Assembly (NCBI GenBank): GCA_964457135.1
Contig: CAYWED010000001.1
Location: forward strand, 1-56,863
Reading direction: 5' to 3'
From: an uncultured Muribaculaceae bacterium
GTDB lineage: Bacteria; Bacillota_I; Bacilli_A; RF39; UBA660
DNA length: 56,863 nucleotides
Positions 1 through 9,101 of the stretch are shown here, in pieces. Position numbers and translations under genes: made by a program. Within the stretch, counting starts at the first letter, position 1; each line of letters starts with the position of its first letter. The notes under the pieces were generated by a model. The model was not told where the DNA came from. It worked only from the letters and a program-made list of their open reading frames with translations, and searched no databases.

Positions 1-101
1 TATAAATAAAGGAAAAAGTCTATCTTTTACAAAATATTCATGTTTTTATCCTGATTGTTTAGCAAATTTTTTTATCACTATTCTTTATTATTTTGAATAT
101 A

Positions 102-599
102 TTATCTTTTTTTAGATTTATTATCTTGCTCTTCATCAGTAGTTACATTATTAAAAGTTATTGGTATGCCTTTAATTTCTGGACTAGAATGTATTTCTTT
201 ATAAAGACTCCTAAAATAATTTATATAATTAATATATTTATCTTGTTTTTCATTAAATATCCATATGCCTATAAGTGTTTCAAAAGGTATTGCGCCAATT
301 TGTCCATCTTTTACATCTTTTTCTAATGCTTCTAAAATTACTCCCGACTCTCCAAAGTAAAATAGTTTTTCCCCTCCTCTTGTCCAAAAAATCTCATTTT
401 TATGTCCACCACTTATTCCATATTTTTTTGGTCTTACGTATCCACACATCATTATATCTTTAATTTGTTCTATTCCAGTTATTCTATAAACTGATGAATA
501 GGTTGTACACATTTTATTTTTTGCATTTTTTCCAATTGCAAGATTTTGATTAAAAACTCTATTTTTAGGTGATATTATACGGTCTTTGTCTATTTCCAT
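102..599 (-). CDS. hypothetical protein, no recognisable family
   Basis: 165-aa ORF. AGGAG RBS lies about 7 nt upstream of the ATG at 599. I cannot place any motif. Confidence 0.45.
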   Translation of the reverse strand: MEIDKDRIISPKNRVFNQNLAIGKNAKNKMCTTYSSVYRITGIEQIKDIMMCGYVRPKKYGISGGHKNEIFWTRGGEKLFYFGESGVILEALEKDVKDGQIGAIPFETLIGIWIFNEKQDKYINYINYFRSLYKEIHSSPEIKGIPITFNNVTTDEEQDNKSKKR

Positions 600-717
600 A
601 ATAGTCTCCTTTTTTTCATTTTATCATCATATTTTTAACTTATCAAATTATTTCCATCTCACATTTACAAAAGTGTGAATAAATGTGGTAAAATTATGTT
701 TATAATGAGGTGGTTAT

Positions 718-1671
718 GTGATTTTAAATATCATTTTATTGGTAATTGGTTTTATTTTGTTGATAAAAGGGGCTGACATTTTTGTTGATGGGGCTTCATC
801 TACTGCACAAAATTTTAAAGTTTCTAAAATGCTTATAGGTCTTACGATAATTGCATTTGGTACTAGTGCTCCTGAGTTTGCTGTTTCTATGAGTGCATTA
901 GCAAGCGGAAACACTGATATGGTTTTAGGTAATGTAATAGGGAGTTGTATTTTAAATATCCTTTTAATTCTTGGTATTGCTGCAGTTATTAAGCCTATTA
1001 AGTTAAAAGACAACACTGTTAAAAAGGAACTTCCGTTATGTATGTTAATATCTACTTTATTAGTTGTTTTATTTTTAGATATTAAACTTGGAGAGGCAGT
1101 TGTTAATCAAATTACTAGATTAGATGCTTTAGTTATATTATTATTTTTTACTGTATTTGTTTACTATTTAATTACTTTAGTTAAACAAAAAAAAGAGAGT
1201 AATGAAGAAGAGCAAGCGAAATTTAAATTAGGGAAGTCTTTATTATTTGTAATTATTGGACTATTAGGAATTATTATTGGTAGTGATTTAGTTGTTGATA
1301 GTGCTTCTAGCATTGCTACTACTTTAGGACTTAGTGAAAGAGTTATATCTCTTACTATTATTGCATTTGGTACGTCTTTACCTGAACTTGTTACAACTAT
1401 TGTTTCTTCTAAAAAAGGTGAGCAAGATTTACTAGTTGGAAATATTATAGGTAGTAATATATTTAATATTTGTGTTGTTTTAGGTATTCCTGTCGCTTTA
1501 TATGGAGCTATTACTCCAAGTACTTTTCAATCAACTGATTTAATTGTCTTGATTGGCTCTTCTATACTTTTGTTTATTTTTTCTAAAACTAAGAAGACTA
1601 TTAGTAGATATGAGGGAATACTTATGTTAATCACTTTTGCATTATATTATATATTTGTGTTTGTTGTTTAA
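718..1671 (+). CDS. Ca2+/Na+ (cation) antiporter, CaCA/YrbG family
   Basis: 317-aa polytopic protein with two internal alpha-repeat signatures, GTSAPEF..GNVIGS and GTSLPEL..GNIIGSN. GTG start is preceded by GAGGTGG. Confidence 0.85.
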   Translation: MILNIILLVIGFILLIKGADIFVDGASSTAQNFKVSKMLIGLTIIAFGTSAPEFAVSMSALASGNTDMVLGNVIGSCILNILLILGIAAVIKPIKLKDNTVKKELPLCMLISTLLVVLFLDIKLGEAVVNQITRLDALVILLFFTVFVYYLITLVKQKKESNEEEQAKFKLGKSLLFVIIGLLGIIIGSDLVVDSASSIATTLGLSERVISLTIIAFGTSLPELVTTIVSSKKGEQDLLVGNIIGSNIFNICVVLGIPVALYGAITPSTFQSTDLIVLIGSSILLFIFSKTKKTISRYEGILMLITFALYYIFVFVV

Positions 1672-1674
1672 ATT

Positions 1675-1695
1675 GATGAGTAATATCATCTTTTT
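1675..1695 (+). terminator. weak candidate terminator after the antiporter
   Basis: GATGA-gtaata-TCATC followed by TTTTT. The stem is only 5 bp. Confidence 0.3.
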
Positions 1696-1850
1696 AGTAA
1701 AAATAATGATTACCTTAAAAATCTCTTTTTTAAAATGATATTTATAAAATTTTAAATAATATTTACTACTAATTTATTATTTTAAAAATAAAATTAATAA
1801 TCAGTTAAAAATTGCAATATTATTAATAATAAGAAAAGGAAGGTGAAAAA

Positions 1851-2126
1851 ATGAGTTTTAAAGAAGCAAAAGCAAATGCCGAAATTGAAGCAAGCAAAGT
1901 CGGAAAAGTAATAATGAAAATTCAAGAAAATAATGATTATTGGTTTTTTGATGCTGGTTTGCCTAATGAACGTTTTTTTGATGATGGTGCTGGGTCTAGT
2001 TATATAAATAAAAAAGATGGCACAATAATTCAGATGCACCTATGGTTGCCAGAAGTTCAAAAATTAAATGCTATGTTTAAAGAAAATTCAAATACAATTT
2101 ATGATTATTATAGCGAAAAAAAATAG
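1851..2126 (+). CDS. small hypothetical protein, possibly a YrhB/Imm-like immunity-type fold
   Basis: 91-aa ORF with RBS AAGGAAGGTG. The pattern YWFFD...INKKDGTI is reminiscent of small immunity proteins, but I cannot verify this here. Confidence 0.45.
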   Translation: MSFKEAKANAEIEASKVGKVIMKIQENNDYWFFDAGLPNERFFDDGAGSSYINKKDGTIIQMHLWLPEVQKLNAMFKENSNTIYDYYSEKK

Positions 2127-2201
2127 TGATTTAAAAATATTGTTACGCATATGTGAATTTATAAAAATATAGCATAGATTTAAAATGTTTTTCATTATAA
2201 A

Positions 2202-2219
2202 AGAAGTCTTTTGACTTCC
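2202..2219. terminator. bidirectional hairpin between convergent genes
   Basis: AGAAGTC-tttt-GACTTC(C), flanked by an A-rich run upstream and a T-rich run downstream. It lies between the convergent ORFs ending at 2126 and 2226. Confidence 0.5.
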
Positions 2220-2225
2220 TTATTT

Positions 2226-2942
2226 TTATAAATTTACGTTATGATAAACATTACTTACATCATCTACATCATCTAGCATAGTAAGTATTTTGTTGAATGC
2301 TACTAAATCATCACCTTCAAGTGTTACCATATCTTTAGCATATTTCCCTATTTCATCAACTTCAAATGTTATTCCTGAATATGCTTCTTCTAATGCTTTT
2401 TTCATGTTTGAATAATCACTTGGTTCAGCATATATCAAAAGTATATCTCCGTCAGTTTCCATATCTTTCACATCAATATCGGCATTAAATAATACATCCA
2501 TTACTTCATCTTCAGTGTGTCCTTTTATTCCAAGTACACATAGATTTTCATACATGAATGATACTGCACCTTGTCCTGCTATTTTTGCTGCTGTTTTATT
2601 AGCTACTGTTTTAATGCTTGCAACTGTTCTATTAACGTTATCAGTTAAACATTTAATTATTAAGTTACTTCCTCCTGGACCAAATGCTTCGTATTCACAT
2701 ACTGTATAGTCTTCAGTAACTCCTTTATTAACTTTATCAATACTTCTATTAATAACATCACTTGGGACTTGTTCTTTTTTAGCCTTTTCTATTAATCTTT
2801 TAAGTGCAGGGTTTGCTTCTGGATTAGCCCCTCCATTTTTTGCTACTTGATAGATTTCTTTTGCATATATTGAATATAGTTTTGATTTTGCAGCAGCAGT
2901 TTTAGCCATTGAGGCTGCTCTTACTTCATGCGCTCTTCCCAT
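2226..2942 (-). CDS. YebC/PmpR-family transcriptional regulator
   Basis: 238 aa. The N-terminus MGRAHEVRAA..KTAAAKSKLYS and the overall length and layout are typical of the YebC/TACO1 family. Confidence 0.85.
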   Translation of the reverse strand: MGRAHEVRAASMAKTAAAKSKLYSIYAKEIYQVAKNGGANPEANPALKRLIEKAKKEQVPSDVINRSIDKVNKGVTEDYTVCEYEAFGPGGSNLIIKCLTDNVNRTVASIKTVANKTAAKIAGQGAVSFMYENLCVLGIKGHTEDEVMDVLFNADIDVKDMETDGDILLIYAEPSDYSNMKKALEEAYSGITFEVDEIGKYAKDMVTLEGDDLVAFNKILTMLDDVDDVSNVYHNVNL

Positions 2943-2959
2943 AAATTACATCTCCTTTT

Positions 2960-4957
2960 TTAATCTAAACTTTTAATCTCGTCTATTATTTTATAATAAT
3001 TCTTGTAATTTTTAAAGTTATTTCTTATATTTTCTAATAAAAATATGTTTGAATCTTCTTTTGCTTGCATTAAAACTTTGAAATCTCTCTTTATATCTGC
3101 TATTTTAAAGTCCATGTCTCCACTTTGTTTTACTCCGAATAAGTCTCCTTCTTTTCGCATTTCAAAGTCTTTTTCGGTTATGTAAAATCCATCTGTGCTT
3201 TCTTCTAATACTTTAAGTCTTTTGTTATTGCTTGCCCCTACTAGGATACAGGTTGAATCTAGAGAGTTTCTTCCAATTCTACCACGAAGTTGATGAAGTG
3301 TTGCTAGACCAAACATTCCTGCATCAAAAATTACCATCATTGTCGCATTTGGTACATCTACTCCGACCTCTATCACAGTAGTTGATACTAGAATCTTTGT
3401 ATTTCCATTTTTAAAGTCAAGCATTACTTTTTCTTTTTCTGACTTGTCTAATTTACCATGTAATAGTCCTGTTTTAACTTTATGATTAAATGCTACATCA
3501 ATTTTATCTTTTAAGTCAGTTACAGTCGTTAAGTCACTTGTTTCACTTTCTTCAATTAATGGAGTTACTACATATATTTGATGCCCTTTTTTTATTTCTT
3601 CTAACATCATGTATAAAATGTCTTTAATTTCATTTGGATTTTTTATTATTGTTTTAATTTCTTTTCTTCCACTTGGCTTTGTTTTTATTAGTGATACATC
3701 CATATCTCCATAAACAGTTAGGGCATATGTCCTTGGAATAGGAGTTGCTGACATATATAATATATCTGGAAGATTTCCTTTGTTTCTAAGTGAGTTTCTT
3801 TGATTTACTCCAAACCTGTGTTGTTCATCTGTTATTACTAATCCTAAATTTTTAAATGTTACTTTTTCGCTAAGAAGAGCGTGTGTACCAATAAGCAAAT
3901 CTATTTCTCCATTTTTAAGTCTTTCATAAATCTCATCTTTATCTTTTCTTTTCGTACTTCCAAGTAAGACTTCTACTCTCATACCAGTTTCTGTAAGTAG
4001 TTCTTTTATATTTTCATAGTGTTGACTTGCTAATATTTCAGTAGGCGCCATTAGGGCTGTTTGGTATCCACTTAGGAAGCATATATAAGACGCAACTACA
4101 CCTACTATAGTTTTACCACTTCCTACATCTCCACATAATAGTCTATTCATTCTAACTTTACTTGTTAAATCTTTATGTATTTCTTTAATTGCTTCTTTTT
4201 GGTCTTTTGTTAATTCAAATGGAAGACTTCCTAAAAATGCTTGTATGTCTTCGATTTCACAAACTTTAGGTGTTTTTTTACTTTCTTTAGTTTTTGCATA
4301 TTTTAAGTAATTTATTTTAAACATGAATTTAAATAATTCTTCATATATTAGTTTTACTTTTGCATCTTTTATATCTTTTAAAGAAGCAGGTCTATGAATT
4401 TTCTTTAGTGCTTCACTTTTTGATAAAAATTTATATTTTTCATTAAACATTTCTGGAACATAATCATCAACTATTATGCTGTAACCTAAAGCATTATCTA
4501 TGTATTTTGATAATTGTTTATTGGTAATTCCCGATACAAGATGATATTTACTTTCTATGCTTCCTTCTTTTACAGATTCTAAAATTATATTATTTGCCGT
4601 CACTGTATTTTTTCTTTCATCATATTTTCCCATTATTGTTATTAATTTTCCAGGGGTTAAACTCCTACTTAGAAATGCACGATTATAAATTACAACGTTT
4701 ACTATTTTATTACTTGAATAAATTCTAAAACTAAGACTATTTAGTTTAGCACGAAATCTTCTTACAATTGGAACACTATCTATTTTTCCTTCTATTATAA
4801 CAGCCTCTCCATCAACTGCCTCTTTTATATCATTTAATTTATATTCAACATATTTATAAGGGTAATCTTCTAGTAAATCTTCTATACTATATATACCTAA
4901 TTTATTTAAAATAAGTTCATTTTTTTCTCCTAAACCCTTTAATGCTTTTAAATCCAT
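2960..4957 (-). CDS. recG: ATP-dependent DNA helicase RecG
   Basis: 665 aa. An N-terminal wedge/OB region precedes the SF2 helicase motifs GDVGSGKT (Walker A), DEQHRFG (motif II) and QLRGRIGR (motif VI). RBS is AAGGAGGG. Confidence 0.93.
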   Translation of the reverse strand: MDLKALKGLGEKNELILNKLGIYSIEDLLEDYPYKYVEYKLNDIKEAVDGEAVIIEGKIDSVPIVRRFRAKLNSLSFRIYSSNKIVNVVIYNRAFLSRSLTPGKLITIMGKYDERKNTVTANNIILESVKEGSIESKYHLVSGITNKQLSKYIDNALGYSIIVDDYVPEMFNEKYKFLSKSEALKKIHRPASLKDIKDAKVKLIYEELFKFMFKINYLKYAKTKESKKTPKVCEIEDIQAFLGSLPFELTKDQKEAIKEIHKDLTSKVRMNRLLCGDVGSGKTIVGVVASYICFLSGYQTALMAPTEILASQHYENIKELLTETGMRVEVLLGSTKRKDKDEIYERLKNGEIDLLIGTHALLSEKVTFKNLGLVITDEQHRFGVNQRNSLRNKGNLPDILYMSATPIPRTYALTVYGDMDVSLIKTKPSGRKEIKTIIKNPNEIKDILYMMLEEIKKGHQIYVVTPLIEESETSDLTTVTDLKDKIDVAFNHKVKTGLLHGKLDKSEKEKVMLDFKNGNTKILVSTTVIEVGVDVPNATMMVIFDAGMFGLATLHQLRGRIGRNSLDSTCILVGASNNKRLKVLEESTDGFYITEKDFEMRKEGDLFGVKQSGDMDFKIADIKRDFKVLMQAKEDSNIFLLENIRNNFKNYKNYYKIIDEIKSLD

Positions 4958-5055
4958 GACTACCCTCCTTAACTTACATTCTACTATGCGAAGATATGTT
5001 TGTCAATGAAGTTTTTGTGAAAGTTTAGAGAAAATAAAATGTTTGTTTTTTATTA

Positions 5056-5451
5056 CTAGAGCTCATTAAATATTAGTGGATTTCCATCTAATTCATCTAC
5101 TATATCTTCTAGTGATTCTCCATTTTGAATTCTCTTCTTTATGTAATTCTCTAAATCAGTTGGATTTACATTCAATATGTAAGGGTTAGAATCTATTAAA
5201 ATATTTAATGTGTCAAAACTATAAGTATATAAAGTTTTAAATAACAAAAGTATTTCCTTATTATTTGCAGATAGAAATAATGAATTACTGCTTATAATAT
5301 TCCTAATCATTCCATGTGTACAACCAATATTTTCTAGTAATATTTCTTTTTCAATTATTTCATTATTAGAAATATTTTTAATATTAGGATTTAACTCGAG
5401 CATGCTTTTTATTGTGTTTTCACTTAAGTTTAAGTTGTATAATTCTTCCAT
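5056..5451 (-). CDS. short mTERF-like repeat protein (about 3.5 degenerate units, no C-terminal module)
   Basis: 131 aa. A strong RBS AAAGGAGAA lies inside the 3' end of the upstream gene (32-nt overlap). It has degenerate 35-aa units with a central NP/SN..L pattern. Confidence 0.6.
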   Translation of the reverse strand: MEELYNLNLSENTIKSMLELNPNIKNISNNEIIEKEILLENIGCTHGMIRNIISSNSLFLSANNKEILLLFKTLYTYSFDTLNILIDSNPYILNVNPTDLENYIKKRIQNGESLEDIVDELDGNPLIFNEL

Positions 5452-6952
5452 AACTTTCTCCTTTTATATATTCTTCATAGTTATATTTTTCTAGTATTTC
5501 TTTTTTTGTTATTTGGTATATACTTTCAAATTTCTTTTGACAGGTAAATAATCTACTATAGTTTGATTCATTTATTATTATATCTTTTTCTTCAAAAAAC
5601 TTTAATCTAGCGTAACTTAAGTGTACACTTTGTAATAATATTTCAGGGTGTGTAATAATTACATTTCTTAATTCTATTTTAGTATAAAAATTAACTTTTT
5701 CTTTTATATTTTCTATACTCATTTCTAATATTCTAGGAAATGTTTTTAACATATTTAACACTTCAAATCTTGTGAATCCTAAACTTTCTAGAGTATTTGT
5801 TTTATTCTTTATTGTTTCTATACTTAAGCCAAAAATATTTGGAGAAATTGTTATTATTCTTAGTGTTTCGTCTTTTGTGAAACCTAAATTTTGTATAGCA
5901 TTAAATTTTTCTTTTAGATTGCCATTGCTTCTTAAAAATATAAATCCACATCTTTTTACTATTTTGCATATTGAAGAGTTAGATAAGCCTAAGTTTTTGA
6001 GTTCAACTATTTTATTTTTGATATTATCTATGCTTAAATTAATTATAGTAGGACTAACGAGTAATATTTGATTTATTTCTTTTTTATTTAATCCATAAAA
6101 ACTAAATAATGTGTAAATTTCATCTGATTTATTAGGAAAATTTTCTTCTTTTTCTTTATTATTTTTAGTTTCTAAACTATTGTTATAATTATATTTTTCT
6201 ATTAATTCTTTTTTTGTTATTTTATAGATTTTTTTAAATGTCTTTTCATCCCAAAATAATTTTTCATAGTTTTGCATGTTTATTTTTAAATCTAATTCGT
6301 TTTTAAAAAACTCTAATCTTGCATAAGTTAAAGAAATACTTTGCATTAAGTTTTTAGGTTTAATAATAATCATTTCTTTTAAACCTAAATTAATGTAAAA
6401 TTCAATTTTCTCTATTATTGTATTAGTGCTTAAATCAAGAAAATTTGGAAAAGACAAAATAATTTTTAATGTTTCGTCTTTAGTAAAATAATTTAGTATA
6501 GTATTTATTTTAGATTCTATTGTTTTTATGCTGTAACCTAAAATACTAGGGTTATCTTTTATTAGTTTTAATGTTTCGTCTTTTGAAAATCCTAAGTTTA
6601 TGAAGAAATTTATTTTATTATTTATAGATTTTGTGCTTTCAGTAAATACTGATAAACACTTTGATATGATTCTTAATGTAGCAGCCCCGTCAAAACCATT
6701 TGCTCTTATGTTGTCTACTTTACTCTTTATGTTTTCTACACTATTCATAAGTATGCTAGGTTTTAATTTAACAATTCTTTGTATTTGTTTTTTAGATAAG
6801 CCTAATTGATAAAGATTGGCTATTTTTTCTTGTTTATTTTCAATAGTGTGAGTTAATATTATTGGATTATCTTTAATTAACTTTGATATTTCTTTTTCAT
6901 TTAAATCTAATGATTTTAAGAAATATTCTAAATCTATATTGGTTGTTTTCAT
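5420..6952 (-). CDS. mTERF-like repeat protein, head-to-tail fusion of two complete paralogous units
   Basis: 510 aa made of 35-aa units, e.g. LGFSKDETLKLIKDNPSILGYSIKTIESKINTILN. The C-terminal module appears twice, near aa 200-258 and aa 450-500. The start overlaps the upstream stop as ATGA. Confidence 0.75.
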   Translation of the reverse strand: MKTTNIDLEYFLKSLDLNEKEISKLIKDNPIILTHTIENKQEKIANLYQLGLSKKQIQRIVKLKPSILMNSVENIKSKVDNIRANGFDGAATLRIISKCLSVFTESTKSINNKINFFINLGFSKDETLKLIKDNPSILGYSIKTIESKINTILNYFTKDETLKIILSFPNFLDLSTNTIIEKIEFYINLGLKEMIIIKPKNLMQSISLTYARLEFFKNELDLKINMQNYEKLFWDEKTFKKIYKITKKELIEKYNYNNSLETKNNKEKEENFPNKSDEIYTLFSFYGLNKKEINQILLVSPTIINLSIDNIKNKIVELKNLGLSNSSICKIVKRCGFIFLRSNGNLKEKFNAIQNLGFTKDETLRIITISPNIFGLSIETIKNKTNTLESLGFTRFEVLNMLKTFPRILEMSIENIKEKVNFYTKIELRNVIITHPEILLQSVHLSYARLKFFEEKDIIINESNYSRLFTCQKKFESIYQITKKEILEKYNYEEYIKGESYGRIIQLKLK

Positions 6953-8061
6953 AATTTTAAAGTTTTGCCCTCCTTATTATATATGTATTTTTCCATAAGT
7001 TCTCTATTAGTGACTTTATATTTTTTGGCAAATGATGCACTTCCTAAAAATAATTTTTTAAAGTTAGTCATGTCTATTTGTAAGTTTAGTTCAGTTTCAA
7101 AATACATAAGTCTTGCATAACTAAGAGTTACACTTTGAATTAAATTTTTAGGGAAAAGTGTGAAAATGCCTAATAATTCATGAGAGGCATAAAAACTTAA
7201 CTTTTCATTTAAATTTTCTATACTGAATCCAAGTACTGATGGAAAATATTCTATGATTTTTCTTATTTCTTTGTCTTCAAATCCAAAAGACTTTATAGTA
7301 TTTATTTTTTCTTTTATAGTAGTTAAACTATAACTTAATAAAGTAGGTTCTTTTTTTAATATTTCTAGTGTTTCTTCTTTACTAAAACCATAATTAATTA
7401 GAAAGTTAATTTTTTGTTTTATTGAGGCAACACTGTAACTTAATATAGTTGGACATGACAGTAAAATACTTGGAATATCTTCTTTTTTAAATCCTAAATT
7501 TATAATGTCATTTATTTTTTTATTTAATGTTTTTTTACTTAAACATAATATGGTTGGACTTATTTTTATTAATTTAATTACTTGTGGATAAGTGAAACCT
7601 AACTCTTCTATGTTTTGCATTTTATTTTTTAAATAGTCTACTCTATACGTTAGTAATGCTGGGTATGCTCTTAAGAATTTTTTTACATCAATACTCTCAA
7701 ACCCTAGATTAATCATATCTTCTATTCTTTTATTTAATGATTCTATGCTTACTCCATAAATATCTGGAAAGTGACTTGTAAAGTTTAATATTGTTGCTTT
7801 TGAAAATCCTAAATCAGTAAAATATTTTTCTTTTGAATTCATGTTTTCTTTACTAAATCCAAATAACTGAGGTGCACGAAAAGTCATGCTTATTACTTTT
7901 TCTTTTGTGTGACCTTTAGTTAGTAAATGTTCATAGATATCAATTACTTTATTATATAGGCTTTCTTCAGTATACCTTTTTAGTGCATAATGAGATAAGA
8001 TTTTTTGTGTTTGTTCTATAGAATAACCTAGTTCTAATAATAATTTTTCTACTTTATTCAT
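6949..8061 (-). CDS. mTERF-like repeat protein
   Basis: 370 aa with at least six consecutive 35-aa units, e.g. LGFKKEDIPSILLSCPTILSYSVASIKQKINFLIN and YGFSKEETLEILKKEPTLLSYSLTTIKEKINTIKS. RBS is AAAGGGGA. Confidence 0.75.
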   Translation of the reverse strand: MNKVEKLLLELGYSIEQTQKILSHYALKRYTEESLYNKVIDIYEHLLTKGHTKEKVISMTFRAPQLFGFSKENMNSKEKYFTDLGFSKATILNFTSHFPDIYGVSIESLNKRIEDMINLGFESIDVKKFLRAYPALLTYRVDYLKNKMQNIEELGFTYPQVIKLIKISPTILCLSKKTLNKKINDIINLGFKKEDIPSILLSCPTILSYSVASIKQKINFLINYGFSKEETLEILKKEPTLLSYSLTTIKEKINTIKSFGFEDKEIRKIIEYFPSVLGFSIENLNEKLSFYASHELLGIFTLFPKNLIQSVTLSYARLMYFETELNLQIDMTNFKKLFLGSASFAKKYKVTNRELMEKYIYNKEGKTLKL

Positions 8062-8082
8062 AAAAGTCCCCTTTCAAGTCTT

Positions 8083-9000
8083 TTAATTTAGTTTAAGTTG
8101 TAATTTTTGTTCGTTTTCTTTTTCTTTATATTCTTCATAATTATACATACTTAGCAATTCTTTTTTTGATATTCCATAATGACTCTCAAAAGGTTTTTGA
8201 CCATAGAATAATTTTTTATAATTACTCATATCTATAGTTACACCTTTGTCTTTAAGGAACATATATCTTGCATAACTAAGAGATATACTTTGCATTAGAT
8301 ATTTAGGACTTAGAACTGCTACTTCATGTAATCCTACTTCATCATAAAACTTTATTTTTTCTTTTATGTTTTCTATGCTTAGTCCAAATAAAGTTGGTAG
8401 TTCAGTAGTCATTTTTAATACTTCTTCTTTAGTGTATCCAAGGCTCATTAAGTCATTTATTTTGTTTGTTATGCTCTCTATGCTAATAGATAGTAATGAT
8501 GGAAAAGTAAAAATCATTTTTAGTACATCTTTCTTTGTATAGCCTACTCTTATTAAGCAATTTATTTTATCCATAATATTTTCTATGCTAAGATTGCATA
8601 ATTCAGGTGCTGATATAATCATTTTTAGCACTTGTTCTTCAGTATATCCTAGGTTGATTAGAGCTTCGATTTTTCTTTCAGTTTTTTCTAAAGCATAACT
8701 AAAAAGTGTTGGCATAGTTTTTGTTATTTTAATTATATTTAAGTTAGATAAATCTAGTTTAAGAAAATAAAAATATATTTCTATAACTTTATAATATAAT
8801 GTTTGTTCTTTTAAGTCATTTAATGGATATTTGTTTACTATTTTTTGATATTCACTATCTTTATAACTTAATTTAATAAAAAGTGTTTCTAGTTTATTTT
8901 CTTGTTCTTCTTCATATTCCTTTAAATTATAAGTATTTATTATTTCTTCTATTTCATTACTCTCATATCTTAATTTTTTTAATATTGTATTTATGTTCAT
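8083..9000 (-). CDS. mTERF-like repeat protein, first gene of the operon
   Basis: I place the start at the ATG at 9000 (MNINTILKK), which has RBS GGGGG 7 nt upstream and a consensus promoter just upstream. The longer ORF to 9108 would run through that promoter. Units include LGYTEEQVLKMIISAPELCNLSIENIMDKINCLIR. Confidence 0.75.
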   Translation of the reverse strand: MNINTILKKLRYESNEIEEIINTYNLKEYEEEQENKLETLFIKLSYKDSEYQKIVNKYPLNDLKEQTLYYKVIEIYFYFLKLDLSNLNIIKITKTMPTLFSYALEKTERKIEALINLGYTEEQVLKMIISAPELCNLSIENIMDKINCLIRVGYTKKDVLKMIFTFPSLLSISIESITNKINDLMSLGYTKEEVLKMTTELPTLFGLSIENIKEKIKFYDEVGLHEVAVLSPKYLMQSISLSYARYMFLKDKGVTIDMSNYKKLFYGQKPFESHYGISKKELLSMYNYEEYKEKENEQKLQLKLN

Positions 9001-9022
9001 AATAACCCCCAAATTGAGATGT

Positions 9023-9051
9023 ATTGTACCATAAAAAGCAAGTGATGTCAA
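9023..9051 (-). promoter_or_regulatory. sigma-A-type promoter of the mTERF-like operon
   Basis: On the minus strand: TTGACA, 17 nt, TACAAT, with an extended TG (TGgTACAAT). It lies about 20 nt upstream of the RBS of the gene starting at 9000. Confidence 0.6.
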
Positions 9052-9101
9052 AAAGTGCAAAATGGCTTTTGTGAATTTTTTGTGTAAATTTTGTAAGGCT
9101 A

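Noticed and set aside
660-690. The inverted repeat TCACA, 10 nt, TGTGA upstream of the antiporter gene as a CRP/FNR-type site.
   Set aside because: The half-site order and spacing do not match the TGTGA-N6-TCACA consensus, and there is only a single occurrence. It cannot be separated from chance in AT-rich DNA.
2960-9000. A functional link between recG and the adjacent mTERF-like operon, for example a DNA-repair or defence module.
   Set aside because: recG has its own RBS and lies 98 nt downstream of the last mTERF-like gene, in a housekeeping context (YebC-family regulator, recG). Adjacency alone is not evidence, and I see no shared regulatory element. The idea stays open but is not claimed.
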